Assembly (NCBI GenBank): GCA_025201805.1
Contig: MU619326.1
Span: 66,988 to 130,987 of the forward strand
DNA from: Parasitella parasitica NRRL 2501
Taxonomy: Eukaryota > Fungi > Mucoromycota
DNA length: 64,000 bases
Direction: 5' to 3'
Shown here: positions 25,337-39,530 of the stretch, in pieces
Layout of the letters: the number at the start of each line of letters is the position of its first letter
Numbering within the stretch: the stretch's first letter is position 1
Notes under the pieces: model-generated
What the model saw: the letters and a program-made list of their open reading frames with translations, nothing else
Told to the model about the DNA's origin: nothing
The model's database searches: none
Program-made: the position numbers and the translations under genes

Positions 25337-25659
25337 TTGTACAGTGTTTAATTAAATTGATATAAACTCCATATCCTCTGATTTTGGATGAAGAGTATAT
25401 TACCTGAATATATACAATATTCACAACACAAAAATAAAAGTGTAAATTGCAATAATGTATATATGAGAAAGTAAACATCATTGTATATTGACAATAATGC
25501 ATGCCATATTTAACATTATTAGGATGTGAATTTACTATATTTATAGTTTGTACCTTAAATAGATGGTGAGTGCTTGATCTAAACAACAATGTAGAAAATA
25601 TCACGACTACCTGCCAGATTGCAATCGGGGCATTTCTGATAAAAATTTTTAAGCACACT

Positions 25660-26764
25660 CCTAGCTATAACGCAGGTATTTGAACCTTAAAGCGACTCTT
25701 CAATGTAAATCCGTTAGTAAGTGACGAATTAAATCAGCTTTAATCAAGGACTTGATAACGTTCAGCACCTTGTAGCCATCAGGGAATTCAAACGGCTTTT
25801 GAGGTTGCTTAGTTTATCATGGTTTCATCATATGGAACTTCTGATACTTGAAATACTGACTCTTTGTTTTCATGAATAATTCTCTACACAGTATAGATCT
25901 CAAATTTAGTATGTAACTGTTTCCGTTAATACGCTCTTCATACCGAGATATGATAACCGTCGAAACTTTTGTTGTATCTAGTTGCTTGTGTAGTTGAAGT
26001 CAAGGTGGTTGACCACTGAATTTTTACTACCAATCTTGCAGAGAGGTGTCACATTCAAATGTAGCCCGTTTCTGATATAATCTCTAATTTGTTGACTCAA
26101 GGTTTTTTCACCAATTGATTGATGAAGCACTCCTTTCTTCAGTACATAGCCGTCTTACACTGGGACAGCACTGGTTGTACTCCCTCTAGAATCTAAACCT
26201 AAGCCTGTAGTTCTACCTACTTAAAAACTATATAATGAATGTTAATACCTAAACCATATCCAAATCGAAACCCCACATTATGCTGTCATCGCTGCATCTT
26301 TGGCTACATAGAAAGCAGGAGCATCAAACTTTTAAAATGCCAACTACATTATCTTTTCACTATTTTTGGGTGTATTCCATGCTGGCTCTGTACATTCTAA
26401 AGGATGTTCTGAGAAATTGAAATGAAGGGTTTCATTGTAAGGTGCTTGCCAAAGATGTTCAACTGCGACCCAATCTCTAATAAGACTAGCTTGCATGAGA
26501 TTTTTAATTTCCATATTGGGTCTCCATGTATTTAATTTACTATCTCCAGTGTAGTAGTGGCCTTCTTTTTTGATACCATAAGAGGTTGGAAAAATAGATT
26601 TAGGCACATCGTCGCCTGCAAACCCAACACGTTTGAACCTGCAGCTCATATCAAACACAAGCGCTTTGGTTCATCCACAAAACAGCGAATTATTCAGTTC
26701 AAAAGGTACAAAAGTAGACGAGAAAAAGGATCTGCTTAAATTTACCGCCGCCATAAGTAACCAC
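25660..26764 (-). pseudogene. ARP4: Unprocessed pseudogene of actin-related protein 4 (ARP4/ACTL6)
   Basis: (V)VTYGG|DE..ALVFDM..VGFAGDDVPKSIFPT..EHPLECTEPAWN..*LAF*KFDAPAFY..AVPV*DGYVLKKG..EFPDGY; GTG start, broken splice sites, frameshifts, >=4 stops. Confidence 0.9.
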
Positions 26765-29700
26765 GTCTAAAGTTTATAACCGATAAATTATATAAAAAGG
26801 AAAAGAAAATGGAAATGTGATGTGTTTGTCCCCCCCTTGAAGCCTCAACCTGCGTATTGCGAAAATCGTAACAATGCGTCGACGCTTTAATTCAGTTTAT
26901 TGATTAAAATTACAGCCCTCGTTTGCCTAATTCTCGTAAATGATATTATGCCCATAATAGTCTTCTCTCAACTATGCGCCCACAGGGGATCCTCGAATCT
27001 TCTGCCTACAATTCAGCTGTAGCCTTTCATCTTTTGCATGACACTGCTGCATTAATGCAAAAAAAAACTCCGTCCGAAGGTGGTGCTAAAAGTGAACGAA
27101 GCCAAACAAAAGCTCAAGACAGCCATCCAGCATCATTAAAAACAATTCAAAAAAAACTATAACAAGTTTGCACAATTCCAAATAAAATCGAAACATTGTT
27201 AGAATAAAGCTGTAAATAAACTAAAAAAATCATCAAATTCTAATACGCAGGAAATTTTGGGTAACAATCTAGTAGCATGCCGATAGAAAGAAAATTCAAA
27301 AGAAAGACTATCAAGTTAGAAATATTCAAAGCTCGCTCAGATATTGGAGTCAAACATTTAAAATTAATTACTCACATTATTGAGAGCGTCAAATGTCTAG
27401 AGATATATGGCCATGTTCGGAAACTTTGTAAATTTAAGAAAACAGTTAGTAATGCCTAAACCTTGTCAAGACGCCATACCATTTTTTTTTAAACACCAAA
27501 ATTTGAAAAGTTTTTCTTCTTGATGTCTTTATAAATTGAACCTATCAAAAATAGCATTGCAACGATAAATAAGAATGACTGTAAGATACGTGTGGCAAAC
27601 AATCGTTCGACATTATTAGTGGTAACAAAATTCTGATCAGCTGAAGCGTTGTAATACTACAATGTTTTATTAATCGCACCACATGAACTTTTCCAGTCTT
27701 TAGTGTAGCTGATGCCTATAAATACTTCAACAGCGTATTCAAGGCTATCTCGTTAGTGGGAGGGTACCCCTTTCCCAGACCCCTTCGGCTCAATTGAGTA
27801 TAGTAATATTTCAAGTTCGATTTGACAAATTTTCACGTATAATTATTGCTGATACGCTTCGATAAAGAGCCAAATAGCTTATCTTATGCTATATAAAAAA
27901 GGCGTGATCATCACTATCTGAGCATAACTTGGTTTTTTCCACTGGGCAATGCCTCATTCAAAACTTATCTGCAATCATAACTTCTAAAATAACCGTAGTG
28001 TTGTGCCAGTGTCAAAGGGCGCAGCGTAATTTTATGTAAATATGATTTGTATAAAGTAATAAAGACTTTTCTGAATAAAACTAGATACAAAACTGAAGAC
28101 TTTTATTGACATAAGATATGATCTCTATTTATACTAAAATATAATCCCAACCAGTGTTTATTCACATAACATCTGATGTTTGACAAGTGTCAAACCTTAT
28201 TAAATCACAGCATTTCTAGGACAGACCTATTTTTCTACTTTACATTAAAGAGAAGATTGGGTAGGATGTCTTCCCAAAATCCCGCGATCTGATCTCGATG
28301 TATTCTTTGAATAAGCCTGGAACCTTGCAAGAGGTCCAATTACAACTTGTAGCTTATTCCTTATTTGTAAAAGAATTACCAACAATTAATATCATGATCT
28401 GTGCATTATAACCAAGTTAGATATGACATATGTAGCCTTTAAATGGATACAACACGTAGAACCGAGATCTAACATGGAAAACTTAGTGTGGACTTGGCGT
28501 TATCTGGCAGCAACATTGGTATTCATGTTTTCATCCATATCTATATACAGTGATCAGATGATAGCACAAATTATCTACATATCAGAATTGCATATAATCG
28601 CTGATAGGCTTTCATAAAGAGCAAAACAAAGTCAGTCTTATTGTGAAATTACTAGTAAAAAATATGTAGAAAATACTTTTTTACAACTGTTATTTATTTT
28701 TTAGATGAAGATCATCAAAATGTCATTTAAAAATTATTTTTTTCTACTAGCTTTTCAAGGGTAAATGATTTTATGGATATGAACTTAAATTATGTTGTTG
28801 GATTATTCAATGGCAGATTTGACGAGTTTTGGAGTTGCTTCTATTTGTTCTTGATATTGGATTAAGTCTTTTTAAATTCATGCTAGCCTGGTCTATACTA
28901 AATAGTACCAAAGTGAAGGTATGGACATCATTAAAAAGATAATCATTTGCTGCTAACAATATGACCACCATCAAAGATGGCACAATGTCAAGGGTTTCTG
29001 ATTGATATAATATCAGTATTGCTAGAATAATTCTTGCAATTTTTTTTTTGCATCCGTAGTTAAATAGCCTTGCTTCGTAGAAGTGTGGTGCAGATCAGCT
29101 CGTTCATTATATACAGTATTAATCACTTTTTTAGTTCATAAAAAGTAATAATATCTAATCAATATTTAGATAACCAGGCCAAAATGACTTCTTGAATGCA
29201 CCAAAATAAATGACTAATCAGCACTTAAATGAACATGTGCTATCGAAAATCACCATGCTTTTTACTTTCTCTTATCTATTATTTTTTCCAAGTCAATCCA
29301 GAGCACGATATTTCTAATATATCCGGCTATCGTTTACATGTTTAAGTATCTAATAACAAAGCCTTTGTTTTTCTTGTAAAGTGATCTTCTATTTAGAAGT
29401 CAATTTTTTGATTTTGACGTAGTTTCTATCGTTCAAATCTTCCATTCGTACGGGGAAGGCTATCAAAAAGCGTGCGTTGCTTTTTTTCTTCATCTAGAAA
29501 GCTTCTACAAACATATTCATGGAAACACTAAAGAGAATTATATTAAATAAGTTGTTGCTGATGGAAAAGGGATATTTTTTTAAAAATTGCCTAGATAATT
29601 TCGAAAAGTGATGAAGTGTATCCATGATTATTTACTCTATTCAAACAAGAAATGGTGCAAATCAAACGATGCATGAAAGAAAAATGCATATGCCACTCAT

Positions 29701-30690
29701 ATTTAAACCCAGTGTAATACGAATTTTATTGCAGTTTTCAATAGTTGGGAAAGAAATAGTAATCTTTCGGTAAAGCAAATACTTGATCAGGCTTTCATTT
29801 CTGGAGAACGGGAGCCAAGGATTCTTCAATTGCAAATAATGAACTCTTTGCCGAATGAAAGGTCAAGTGAAAAATTACCATTCTTTTCCGCATTATATGC
29901 TTTTGACTTGAGCCGACATGGATTGTGTAGAAATTTCCAGTTTAAAATGGCCAAATGCCCAAGTCTGATAAGGCTATTAATTCCAAGTATGAAAGAATCT
30001 AGTAAACGGCCATGTTATATATACCAATTTTATTCTTGATATTTTCGAAGTGTTTACAGTTACACATTTACTTACCAATTTGCAATTAAACGATTAAATG
30101 AACTAAAAAATATACATCTCTTATTTTTTTTTTATGTGCTGAGATGATAAACCGGCGATAGTAGATTGAAAATATCAAGCGTATCAGAAATGTTTGCTGG
30201 AATCGATTTCAAAATTTGTCAATTTGAAAAAACAGATAGCCTCTTCACTTAATAACAATCAAGAATCAGTGCCCTTATTGTCTTGGATATGTACGACAAA
30301 AATAAATATTAGGTGCGTGTATTTTTTGTATTTGGTCATCAAATTACTCCGCCCTTGCAAAAAGAATTTTGTTTTTCGTATTTATTTCCTTCCATCTCTT
30401 TCCATTTTGTATCCTTTTTCTTTTTTGTTTAAATCTTTTTCAAGACTGGAAAAAAACATACGTCTTTCTTTTCTATTAGTTCCATCAGATAGTTCCTATT
30501 TTACAAAAAGGTAATGTAACAAAATGAGATGAAATCAGAAAAGAAGAAGCTGAACTACGAAAGCCAAATAGAACCCCTTTTCACTTTTTTTTCGCTTCCA
30601 TTAAGAGTCAGTTTGTAGCGCCGCCTTTTGTTTGTTACCTTCTCTCTAATCTTCTTCACACTCTAGTCCATATAATCGATTGATAAAAAG

Positions 30691-30758
30691 GTATAGTAGT
30701 GTATATAACGATATACAAGTTAATAGCATGTTTAACTGATATATTTCCTTATAATTAG
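30691..30758 (+). other. Probable 5'-UTR intron of the Zn2Cys6 TF gene
   Basis: AAG|GTATAG...TTAAC...TTAG, ~40 nt upstream of ATG. Confidence 0.55.
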
Positions 30759-30797
30759 TAGCCATAAATAACTGTAGCATTATTCATCTATCCCAAA

Positions 30798-31886
30798 ATG
30801 TCTGTTCCAAATCCCGTTTTAGTCAACAATGCTTCTGTTGTGCCTGTTATGAACCAAAATATGGGTGTTATTCAAGCTCATCCTACCTCAGAAACTCCTA
30901 AGCGTAATCAGGTCAAAAATGCTTGCAGTGAGTATATTTTTCTATTTCTATTTTTCGTTATTTGTATACAAATATATACATATGAAAAATTTTCTCTTGG
31001 CTTGATATGATGACGACATCTAATCGTATATTCTAACATTACTACAGCCAATTGCCAAAAAGCTTGTAAGAAATGCGATGATGCAAGACCATGCCCACGT
31101 TGTCAAAAATATGGTATTGCTGACACATGCGTCAGCTCAGTAAGAAAGGAGCGCAAAAAGGGTATCAAACGTGGTCCATACAAGCGAAGACAAAAGAACA
31201 ATGGAGGTAAATCATCGTGATTTGAATCACATTTATTAGATCAAAAAATAAAAGCTAACTTTACGGACCTAGAGGAGAAGCTAAAAGGCCAACAACAATC
31301 ACAGCAGCAGCAGCAGCAACAACAACAGCAACAACCTGTGTATCAAACACCTATTTCTCAATCAACTGCTGCAACTGCTGTATCTGCCGCTGTTAGCTCT
31401 GCTGTTCCTGCTCCTGCCGACTTTGGTTACCCTACTCAATTAAGTCAATACGCTCAGGGCTATGAAAGTTATAGTTACGCTGCAGTTTACAATACTGATA
31501 CTAGTGCCAAGGATATTTTACCTGGCCAATATGTTCTCCCTGTCTACTCGTCTTATCCTGCCCCTATTTTGGTTAATGGTAATACTACCGAAGCACCAAC
31601 ATCTACTGCGGTTGAGGCTGGTGCTACTACATCTGATGCTGCCATCAAGATCAGTACTTCTGAAGGAATTAAAAATCAACCATTGACACCAGTTCCTAGC
31701 ACCTCCAACTCCTCAGGCACAACATCCCCTTCTGAAACCCACGAAGAAGATGACAGATTTACTCGCTTAACTCAACTTTGTACTGCTGCTCTTCGCGAGA
31801 ATAAAGAAGCACGCGAGAAAGCTCAGGAATGTGCGAATGAAGCTGAACAATCTGGCAAAAGCCTTATCAAGGAAGAAGTTCAATAA
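30798..31886 (+). CDS. Zn(II)2Cys6 transcription factor; 3 exons
   Basis: 'KRNQVKNACTNCQKACKKCDDARPCPRCQKYGIADTC...RKKGIKRGPYKRR'. Confidence 0.93.
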
Positions 31887-32100
31887 CTTTTATAACATAA
31901 CTACGAAATTGTGAAATTGCAAATATAGCCCTTTAACTCGGTGTATTCTTGTTTTATGACATAACACAGAAAACACTCACATTATCCTCTTCCCCTCCTC
32001 TACTAAATATCAGCCCGTTCATATATATATTAAATTCATTTAAACGATTTCAATTAAACTTTTTTTTTTCAACTTTTTGACAGGTTGACTCCGATTTCTA

Positions 32101-33161
32101 TTACCAGCCATTTGCCTGAAATGCACGCATGGAAAGTTCGTAAGCCGTAAATGTAGCGCCTGCTGCAGGAACGCTTCTTAATACAGTAGGAGTAAAGCCA
32201 CGGAACAGACCACCAAGACCATCCCGTTTATATATTTGTTTTAGAACATGCGTGATATATAATCCTTTAGGCGGCTCTGCTTGATTTTGAACCTATAAAA
32301 TCAGATAAATTAGCATTTTTGCATTCATCATCTCGACATAGCGCAAGACTTGCCACTGATTTAACAACATCCAAGGGATACGAACACACCCAGTAGCTCA
32401 CACCGCCCATAGCGCCAGACATCATCAATTGAAGCACATCTGCTTCCTGTCCCTGGGTCAAATACCTCTTTGTAAACTCAAAACCCGAATAAAACCCTGC
32501 ATAAGCTGGAATTTCGCGAGCGATTGTAGCCCATAATCCTCTAAACAGTCCATGAGCAATGCCATCTCTCTGAATCAAGTACTTTGCACAATCAATGGGG
32601 CCTGTGAAGTAGCGTTTTCCATCAACTGATTTGGAGCCGAATTGAGCTTGCATTTTGATTTTGAGCAATTCAACTGGACTCGCCAAAATACTGTTTACAA
32701 CACCAGCACCAGCACCAGCTACAGCAATTTTGTCCAAGGATAAAAGCTGGTCAGGGTGGGATTGAAGTCGGCTTTTGATTGAGGAGTTGGCTGTAAATAG
32801 AAGGGCGTTGACTGCACCGATGCCGATCAATGGGCTTGCCATACCTGTTTTTTTTTATCAAATTCAGGAACATTCAATTAAAAGACCACCACATGTACGT
32901 ACCTTTGTATAACGCAAGAAAGCCTTCTTTTTTCACTGTTTGTATTGTACAATCCCAGGCGCCTTTAAATCTGCCCTGATCTAATTGAAGCCTCACCTTG
33001 ATTGTATCCAAAGGCTGCCCGACAATCACTTGAGACATGCCTCCGAAGCTATTCTTTCATTTTTTTAGCAAAAAGGCGAAACGTTCGAACATGCTAGTCA
33101 ATGTTCCTTACTTTCCCGAGATAAAGTCAGCAGTAGCAGATGCCTGTTTATTGTTTGACAT
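32101..33161 (-). CDS. Mitochondrial carrier (carnitine/ornithine/amino-acid subfamily, YMC1/SLC25A29-like)
   Basis: Three PX(D/E)XX(K/R) motifs: QPLDTIKVR, SPVELLKIK, YPLDVVKS. Confidence 0.92.
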
Positions 33162-33317
33162 GAATATGTTTGAATGGAACCAAGGGGAAGAAAAAAAAAG
33201 AGAAAAAAAAAATATAGTTTTGCTTTTATTTCGGAATGATTGCGTGCTTTCTCCCACACTGAGAGAATAGCAATATATGACAAATACTTATCGACTCCGA
33301 AATGTAATCAAGACTAG

Positions 33318-36300
33318 CTACGCTGCACATAATCCACCGGTCAACAATGTAGTGCTCATGATCCATATAACATGGATGGCCATCAGAAGAAAGCTCGGTG
33401 AATTAGACTCACTCCAGAAATCAAGAAGAGCAAAAATGACAACTGGATATAGTGTGCTGGGTTTTGCTGAGTATGGCGAGCAAGAATAGGAACAAGAAGC
33501 AATCTATGGATGCATCATATTAGACCAACATTAAAACGCTTTTAGAGTAAAGTCACCTTGAGCACAACAGTAACCATCTTTATAATCTGGATTGAGTGGT
33601 AATCTGCCAACCAACGATGTTGAAGCTGCTCCAGATCAGGGGAGCCAAGCAATAATCGCGACGCATCTACATGCTCTTCTGCTTTTTCGCCATCTTCTTC
33701 ATCGCTTTCTCTCATGATTGTGTCTTTGCTTGACTCTTCTTTACTCAGCAGCCGCTGCCGTTTTCTCAAAGCATTATCACCAGCGGATACAGAGCCTCGC
33801 TCATCAGGGATGGAAGAGGAAGAGTGTCGATGTTTTGCTGAACTGCGATGAGCATATGACTCCTCTTGCGTGGAATTCAGCACTAAATTATCCGTATTTA
33901 TAGCAAAGGTATTATTTAGCGGTGATGGAGACTTCATAGTTGTTGCGGTGGGGTTTCCGCTGGTAGATGCTGAAGATGTGGCGTTATTAGTAGAGGCGGC
34001 ATTCCATTCAGCAGGTATATCTTGAAATATTGATGAATTTTCATCCCATCGAATACTTCGAAGTTTCGACAATATCTCGTTGCATGAAGGGCGCTTCAGA
34101 GGATCATTGGATAGCAACATGCGTATGAGTATTTTGAGCTCGTTTGGTATATCTGAAGTTAGCTTGGGGTTGTTTAATGCATCTGCATAAAGAGTTGTGT
34201 CATTTTGGTATATGTCAAACCTGGAGGCTGGAAATTGAACACTGTTGCGTTTATACACACAAATTAGCAAAACCCATGACAGCCATGGTTTCTTTACTCA
34301 CTTTTTAAAGCTGAGGATTTCCGTTCTCAATATTTCCACATCGTCAATAACACTGTATGGAAGCCTTGAGTAGCAAAGAAAGTACAATACCATGCCAAGC
34401 GACCACATGTCAGCCTTTGGTGAGTAATCCACCGTATTTCTGCCCCTGGGATCAAGACGAACATGCTCTGGTGCCATGAATTCCAACGTACCCGTCGCTC
34501 CCGTGCGATTATCATCAATGCGTGTTTCATCCAAGTCCTCGCATTCACCAAAGTCAGAAATCAAGACTCGAGGGCTGTGCACATAGACAATCAAGTGTTA
34601 GTTCAACAAGCAACGCTGTCGTATAATGCTCATACTTTACATTCCTTGGTGACTATGTCTATTACGCTCGTCGTACTGCAATAGCAAATTAGGGGGCTTT
34701 AAATCTCGATGAACAATATTCTGTTGATGCAAATGAGCCAAACCCTGTACAATGTCCAAAAACAACGACCAGATTTCTGTGATTGTCAGCAAGCGCCTTG
34801 ATACCAACGTCATTGGCGCAGTTGTATCCTGCTCCTTCTCAAAATACTCTTGTGCCTGATATTGCTTTCGGATACGCTCGCGCTTCAACTCTTTCAACGA
34901 CATGCGCCTTTTCTGCTGCGATTGTGTACTAGCTGTATCCTCTGAATCTTTCCTTGGCTTGCTTACAGGTTCAAAGTACTCTTCCAAATTGCCTCCATTT
35001 GCGCATTCCATCAAAATAAAAAGACAAGGCACTTTCGGTCCAAACGGCGTCAATCGGTTGTATTCTAACCAGGAATGCTTGTAACTGACGATATTTGGAT
35101 GTCGCAGCCTTTCCAATAAATGAACCTCTCGTAACATACGAACAAGCCATGGATGATTGTTGCCAATAGCCACCTTTTTCACTGCATATTTACCCAACTT
35201 GACACCGTCAAGCATATGCTAGTGTGAATTATATCAGTGTATGTAGTCGCGAGGATAGCTGGATCATGCTGTTATTTACCTCACACAAAAATACGCTGCC
35301 ACGGAAGCCCTTTCCCAGTTTGTTGATTTCAACAAAAAATTTAGAGTAATAACCTTGGTTGAAAGCATTTGCATTTAAATTTTGAACGTTTATATTTGGT
35401 AGCCTTTCTGCATCTGTACTAAACGTTCCAGATCGAGATTGCGCCGGTGAACTGCATGACAACAAAAGCTGTCAGTTGATTTTGGCATTTTTATTCGTCT
35501 GTAGCTGCAAAGTAACTTACTTGGAAGCTGTATTCGTTTGTGACGAAGCCAGCAAGCGAAAATAGTTGTGATCCATAAAATCCGGTTCATCCCTCTAGAT
35601 TCATGTCAATCACGGATATATTCAGAGTATTTTAAATTCGCTTGTGCTGTACCTTTGATTTTGAACTTGCTGCTGCGTTATGCATGGATTGATGGCAGTA
35701 TGGACAGTAATTTTCCTGGCCTGATTTCATCTAAAGTTACTTGAATAAAATCGCTCCAATACTTTCATTATGATTACATACTTGGATAGGCACACTGGGA
35801 TCAATATTTGTTAACTGATCAGGCAAATAGTGTTGAACAGAGACTGATTGACTATCTTGATTGTATAAAACAAGCTGTCCTTTTTGATTATTGCGTCTGT
35901 AAATGTCCCATACAATGAGTAAATATTTGTTGAACTTTACTCGCACAGTGGCGGCTTACGCTATCACAGTCCATTCACGGTACGGTACTAGTTCAAAGTG
36001 CTCCCTATTGCTCCAAAGAGCATTATTTGCTGTACTGGAGGAGGAGGATGCGGAGCCGGAGCCGTATCCTGAAGTTGCAGAATTTTCGATGGCTAAAGGA
36101 TATCCTATAGAGCGTGATCGATGCCTTTTATTTTGATGGTGGTTCTGATTGGCATCAAGCGTCAACGGATGTTGGGTCGCTATAAGATGACGCGGGCTGT
36201 CTGGAGAAGGTCTATAATCACTTGGTAAATAAGGTAAAGGTGTTGGCACCCTATTCTGTTGGTTATTAGCGCTACTAATTATAGCCAATGCTTCGCTCGC

Positions 36301-36354
36301 TTCTGGTTCACTTGCTCTACGTTTTGATGCTGAATTTGTTGCTACCATGTCCAT
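33318..36354 (-). CDS. IKS1: IKS1-family Ser/Thr kinase with hydrophobic C-terminus
   Basis: 'AFNQGYYSKFFVE..KLGKGFRGSVF', 'YAVKKVAIGNNHPWL', 'HRDLKPPN', 'ISDFGE', 'GATGTLEFMAPE'. Confidence 0.9.
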
Positions 36355-37777
36355 CTTGTATAGTTTTGGAGACAAAAAAAAAAAAAGGGAATTCATGCAT
36401 TCTGTAGAGTTTCAACAATATTTATTGGGGATCGTATCCAAAGGTCACGTCATTATAGCACTTGGCAATATCATCTATGGACATGCACATTACATAGTTA
36501 GATTAAACGAGTGATTATTTCCACAGTGGTGCTGCAATAGGTTTTCAAATACTCATCTTTTATAGTAGGTGATATTTAGTAGTGCTATCATAGAGTGCAA
36601 ATTTAATGAAATAAGCTGCTAATATTTTATGAGGGCGCTTAGCTAAGAACTTTATTGATTGCACTATTGATGCGATGCAGCCAAGGCCAAAAGTTTTTAA
36701 ATCATATTGACTCATTTTATAGCAGAATTAGTATAGAAAAGAATGCAGATAATTGAAAGATTAAAAAGCCACTGAAGCAGTTGTTTCAAGTACGTAGTAT
36801 TCGACATATATGACATCTCGACATTTTTTGTATTTTTTGTATTTTTTTTTTACACAATTCTCTTGACGATGCCCAAATAATATTTAACTATTCATCACAA
36901 GTATTGTAAGACCATATTTCTTCCTATTTGGCTGATGTCAAAGGCACCTTACCAAGAATGTAAATAGAGTAATGTTAGGAATACGTTACTAATGCCTTCA
37001 GGTGTTCTAAAGAGGTTGGTTAGCTATCTGCCAAATTCCACATCGTGCAAGCAAATGAAGCCTTAAAATAAAAAAAATTGGCTGCCCGTTTTGAGCCGTC
37101 CAAAATCCCTTGTAACCCCTCATTCAAAATCGAAAAAAACTGATTTATCGTTTTTTCATCCCAAAAACGACTACCAAACAACCAACAATGTAAGAGAAAA
37201 TTAAAGATATAAACCTTCTGAATCGAATAGAACAATTAATTCTAAACAAGCTTATTAAAAATATGGATTTTTGAGCGATAAACAGTTTTATAATTAAAGG
37301 ATTTTATCTCTTGATCTGTACAATAAACAAATTCCTAAACTTGGACCGTTTTATAGAGTGGAAACTCCAGACATGCGAGAACTTTTTCTTTGCGAGGAAA
37401 ACTAGAAACTACTCACAAAATTTGAAAAAAGGAGTAGCTTCGATCGAGAAAATGGCAAAAATAACGATTTGACTCAAAATAAAATAAAACAAAAAAAAGA
37501 TTTAGACTCAGATTTAAGCAGGTATAGTCTGAAAAGTAACGTTTTTGTGGTAAGATGTTATCTGATTCTGCCTGATTCCACAACGTTTTGACAAGCTTGA
37601 TACTTGTCTTTTAAAATATAGTTGACTTTTCCAATAGAAAATGTATTTTAATCCAACGCACGGCTCCTAACCTTATAAATATAGTTGAAAATAGCTGTTA
37701 CCATGTGCGATAAAATGATTTTATTTTGGTAATAGATATACTCAAAACTGCAATAAAATTTCATGGAATCAAACACT

Positions 37778-38725
37778 TTAGACAACAGTACCAGAAGCGG
37801 AAGCAATACGAGGCCACAAATCAGCACACTCTTTAGCAACGGGGCCAGTGATGGCAGATCTTTTGAGGAAACAAGACGAAAATTAGCCTAAAATATCATA
37901 GACGACCAAGGTGCATCAACTTACCCCTTCATTTCACCCTTAGGGTTAACAATGACACCAGCGTTATCCTCAAAGTAGAGGAAAACACCGTCTCTACGGC
38001 GCCAGGCCTTACGTTGACGAACGACAACAGCAGCCATGACCTTCTTTCTTAATTCAGGCTTACCCTTCTTAACGGTGGCAACAACCATGTCACCACAACC
38101 AGCAGCAGGAAGTCTGTTCAAGCGACCCTTGATGTTACGGACAGCAATAACATACAAATTCTTGGCACCAGAGTTATCAGCGCAATTCATGACAGCACCA
38201 ACGGGGAGACCGAGGGTCATACGATACTTTGTGCCGGAAACACTAACTATTGCAGAAGAAGAAAAAGAGTTTAGTTTCCCAAGCGATATAAAGCAGGAAG
38301 CGTATTATTAGGTTGTGCCATATTGAATTGCGTATCACAAATCACATTCACGTTTGCTATCGTTTTATTGTGATGGCTGACGTTGATATCCATGCAGGAG
38401 GTATAAATGTTGGGCAGTGAGGCGGTCCAAGTAGATGTAAAAACCAGATAACGACATGATTCGAACAGCGTTTCGCTGCCAAAGAGTAGCTTGTTTTAAT
38501 GAGATTGACTAAAGTTACTGATGTTGACATTGTTGATGGATGGATGCCCAAACATGACCTCTTCCAGTATACATTTCCTCCAAATTTTACCCATCCAAGG
38601 ATCCCAAGCCCATCTGGATATAAATCCATGCATCCATTGACTACTCTTTGTGATACGCTATAATATGATACTACCAAAGGCTTCCTTCTCTAAAATGGTC
38701 ATTGCAAAAACATACCTTTAGGCAT
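37778..38725 (-). CDS. RPL23: 60S ribosomal protein L23 (uL14)
   Basis: MPK|[31 protein letters not shown]...[22 protein letters not shown]; first intron 38247-38715. Confidence 0.98.
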
Positions 38726-39530
38726 TGCGTAGAGATACGGATGAGAGAGGGAGTTCTTTTTCCTGATCTTTGGCAATCCTCTCAAAAGACAGTTTCAACA
38801 GACTTTCACTGTCTTGAAAGCCCGCATTCCACAGTGACACATCCCGGCACCGGCCATTATCACACATTTGGTCTGATATGAACCGTTGTCAATGATGCTT
38901 GCATAACAGTTGCAATGTCTACCTAGTTGGTTTGGCTCATTTGATATCTGTAGCTTTGTATCGTTAGAAGATGGACTGAAATCGTATGACAAAATCAAAT
39001 GTATCGACACGGCGTGTAAATTTGCAAACATTAACTATCAAATGTGCCAGCTTTCATTGATTTATCCAACATTGGATCTAGATAATATACATGTAAATAT
39101 ACTGCCTTGAATAAATTGAGCTAATTCAAATCATCATGACATTTAGATTTTCATCACGATTTTGCACTTTATCATATTATAGTCATGACCTTTTGATAAT
39201 AAGCTGAATGAAGAACAACGGCTTCAAGCGCAGCAAGCAGTTCAGATGGCTGAAGTTGCCGGCAGTGCTAGCCTTAATATTGGCATTATGGCTTGCTAAG
39301 ATCTCCTCTTTGCTTGTCTATATAGGAAATTTGTAAGCGGCCTTCTGCTACAGAATTATATAGCTGATCCAGCAGCTCTGTGAACCTCGAAATTTACTGA
39401 TTCCGATGAAAACGCACCCTATTTCCAAAGTTTTGAGCGAATCATATATAAACATAGGATAAAAAAAGGAGGGGCAAATGGTTTTAAAATCCTTTTTGCC
39501 TCTTTAATCCCTTTCCTGTTTTCTCTGTAA

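Noticed and set aside
26770-30690. Short ORFs in the 3.9-kb gene-free region
   Set aside because: AT-rich, no motifs or consistent exon structure; likely regulatory or decayed DNA upstream of the TF gene
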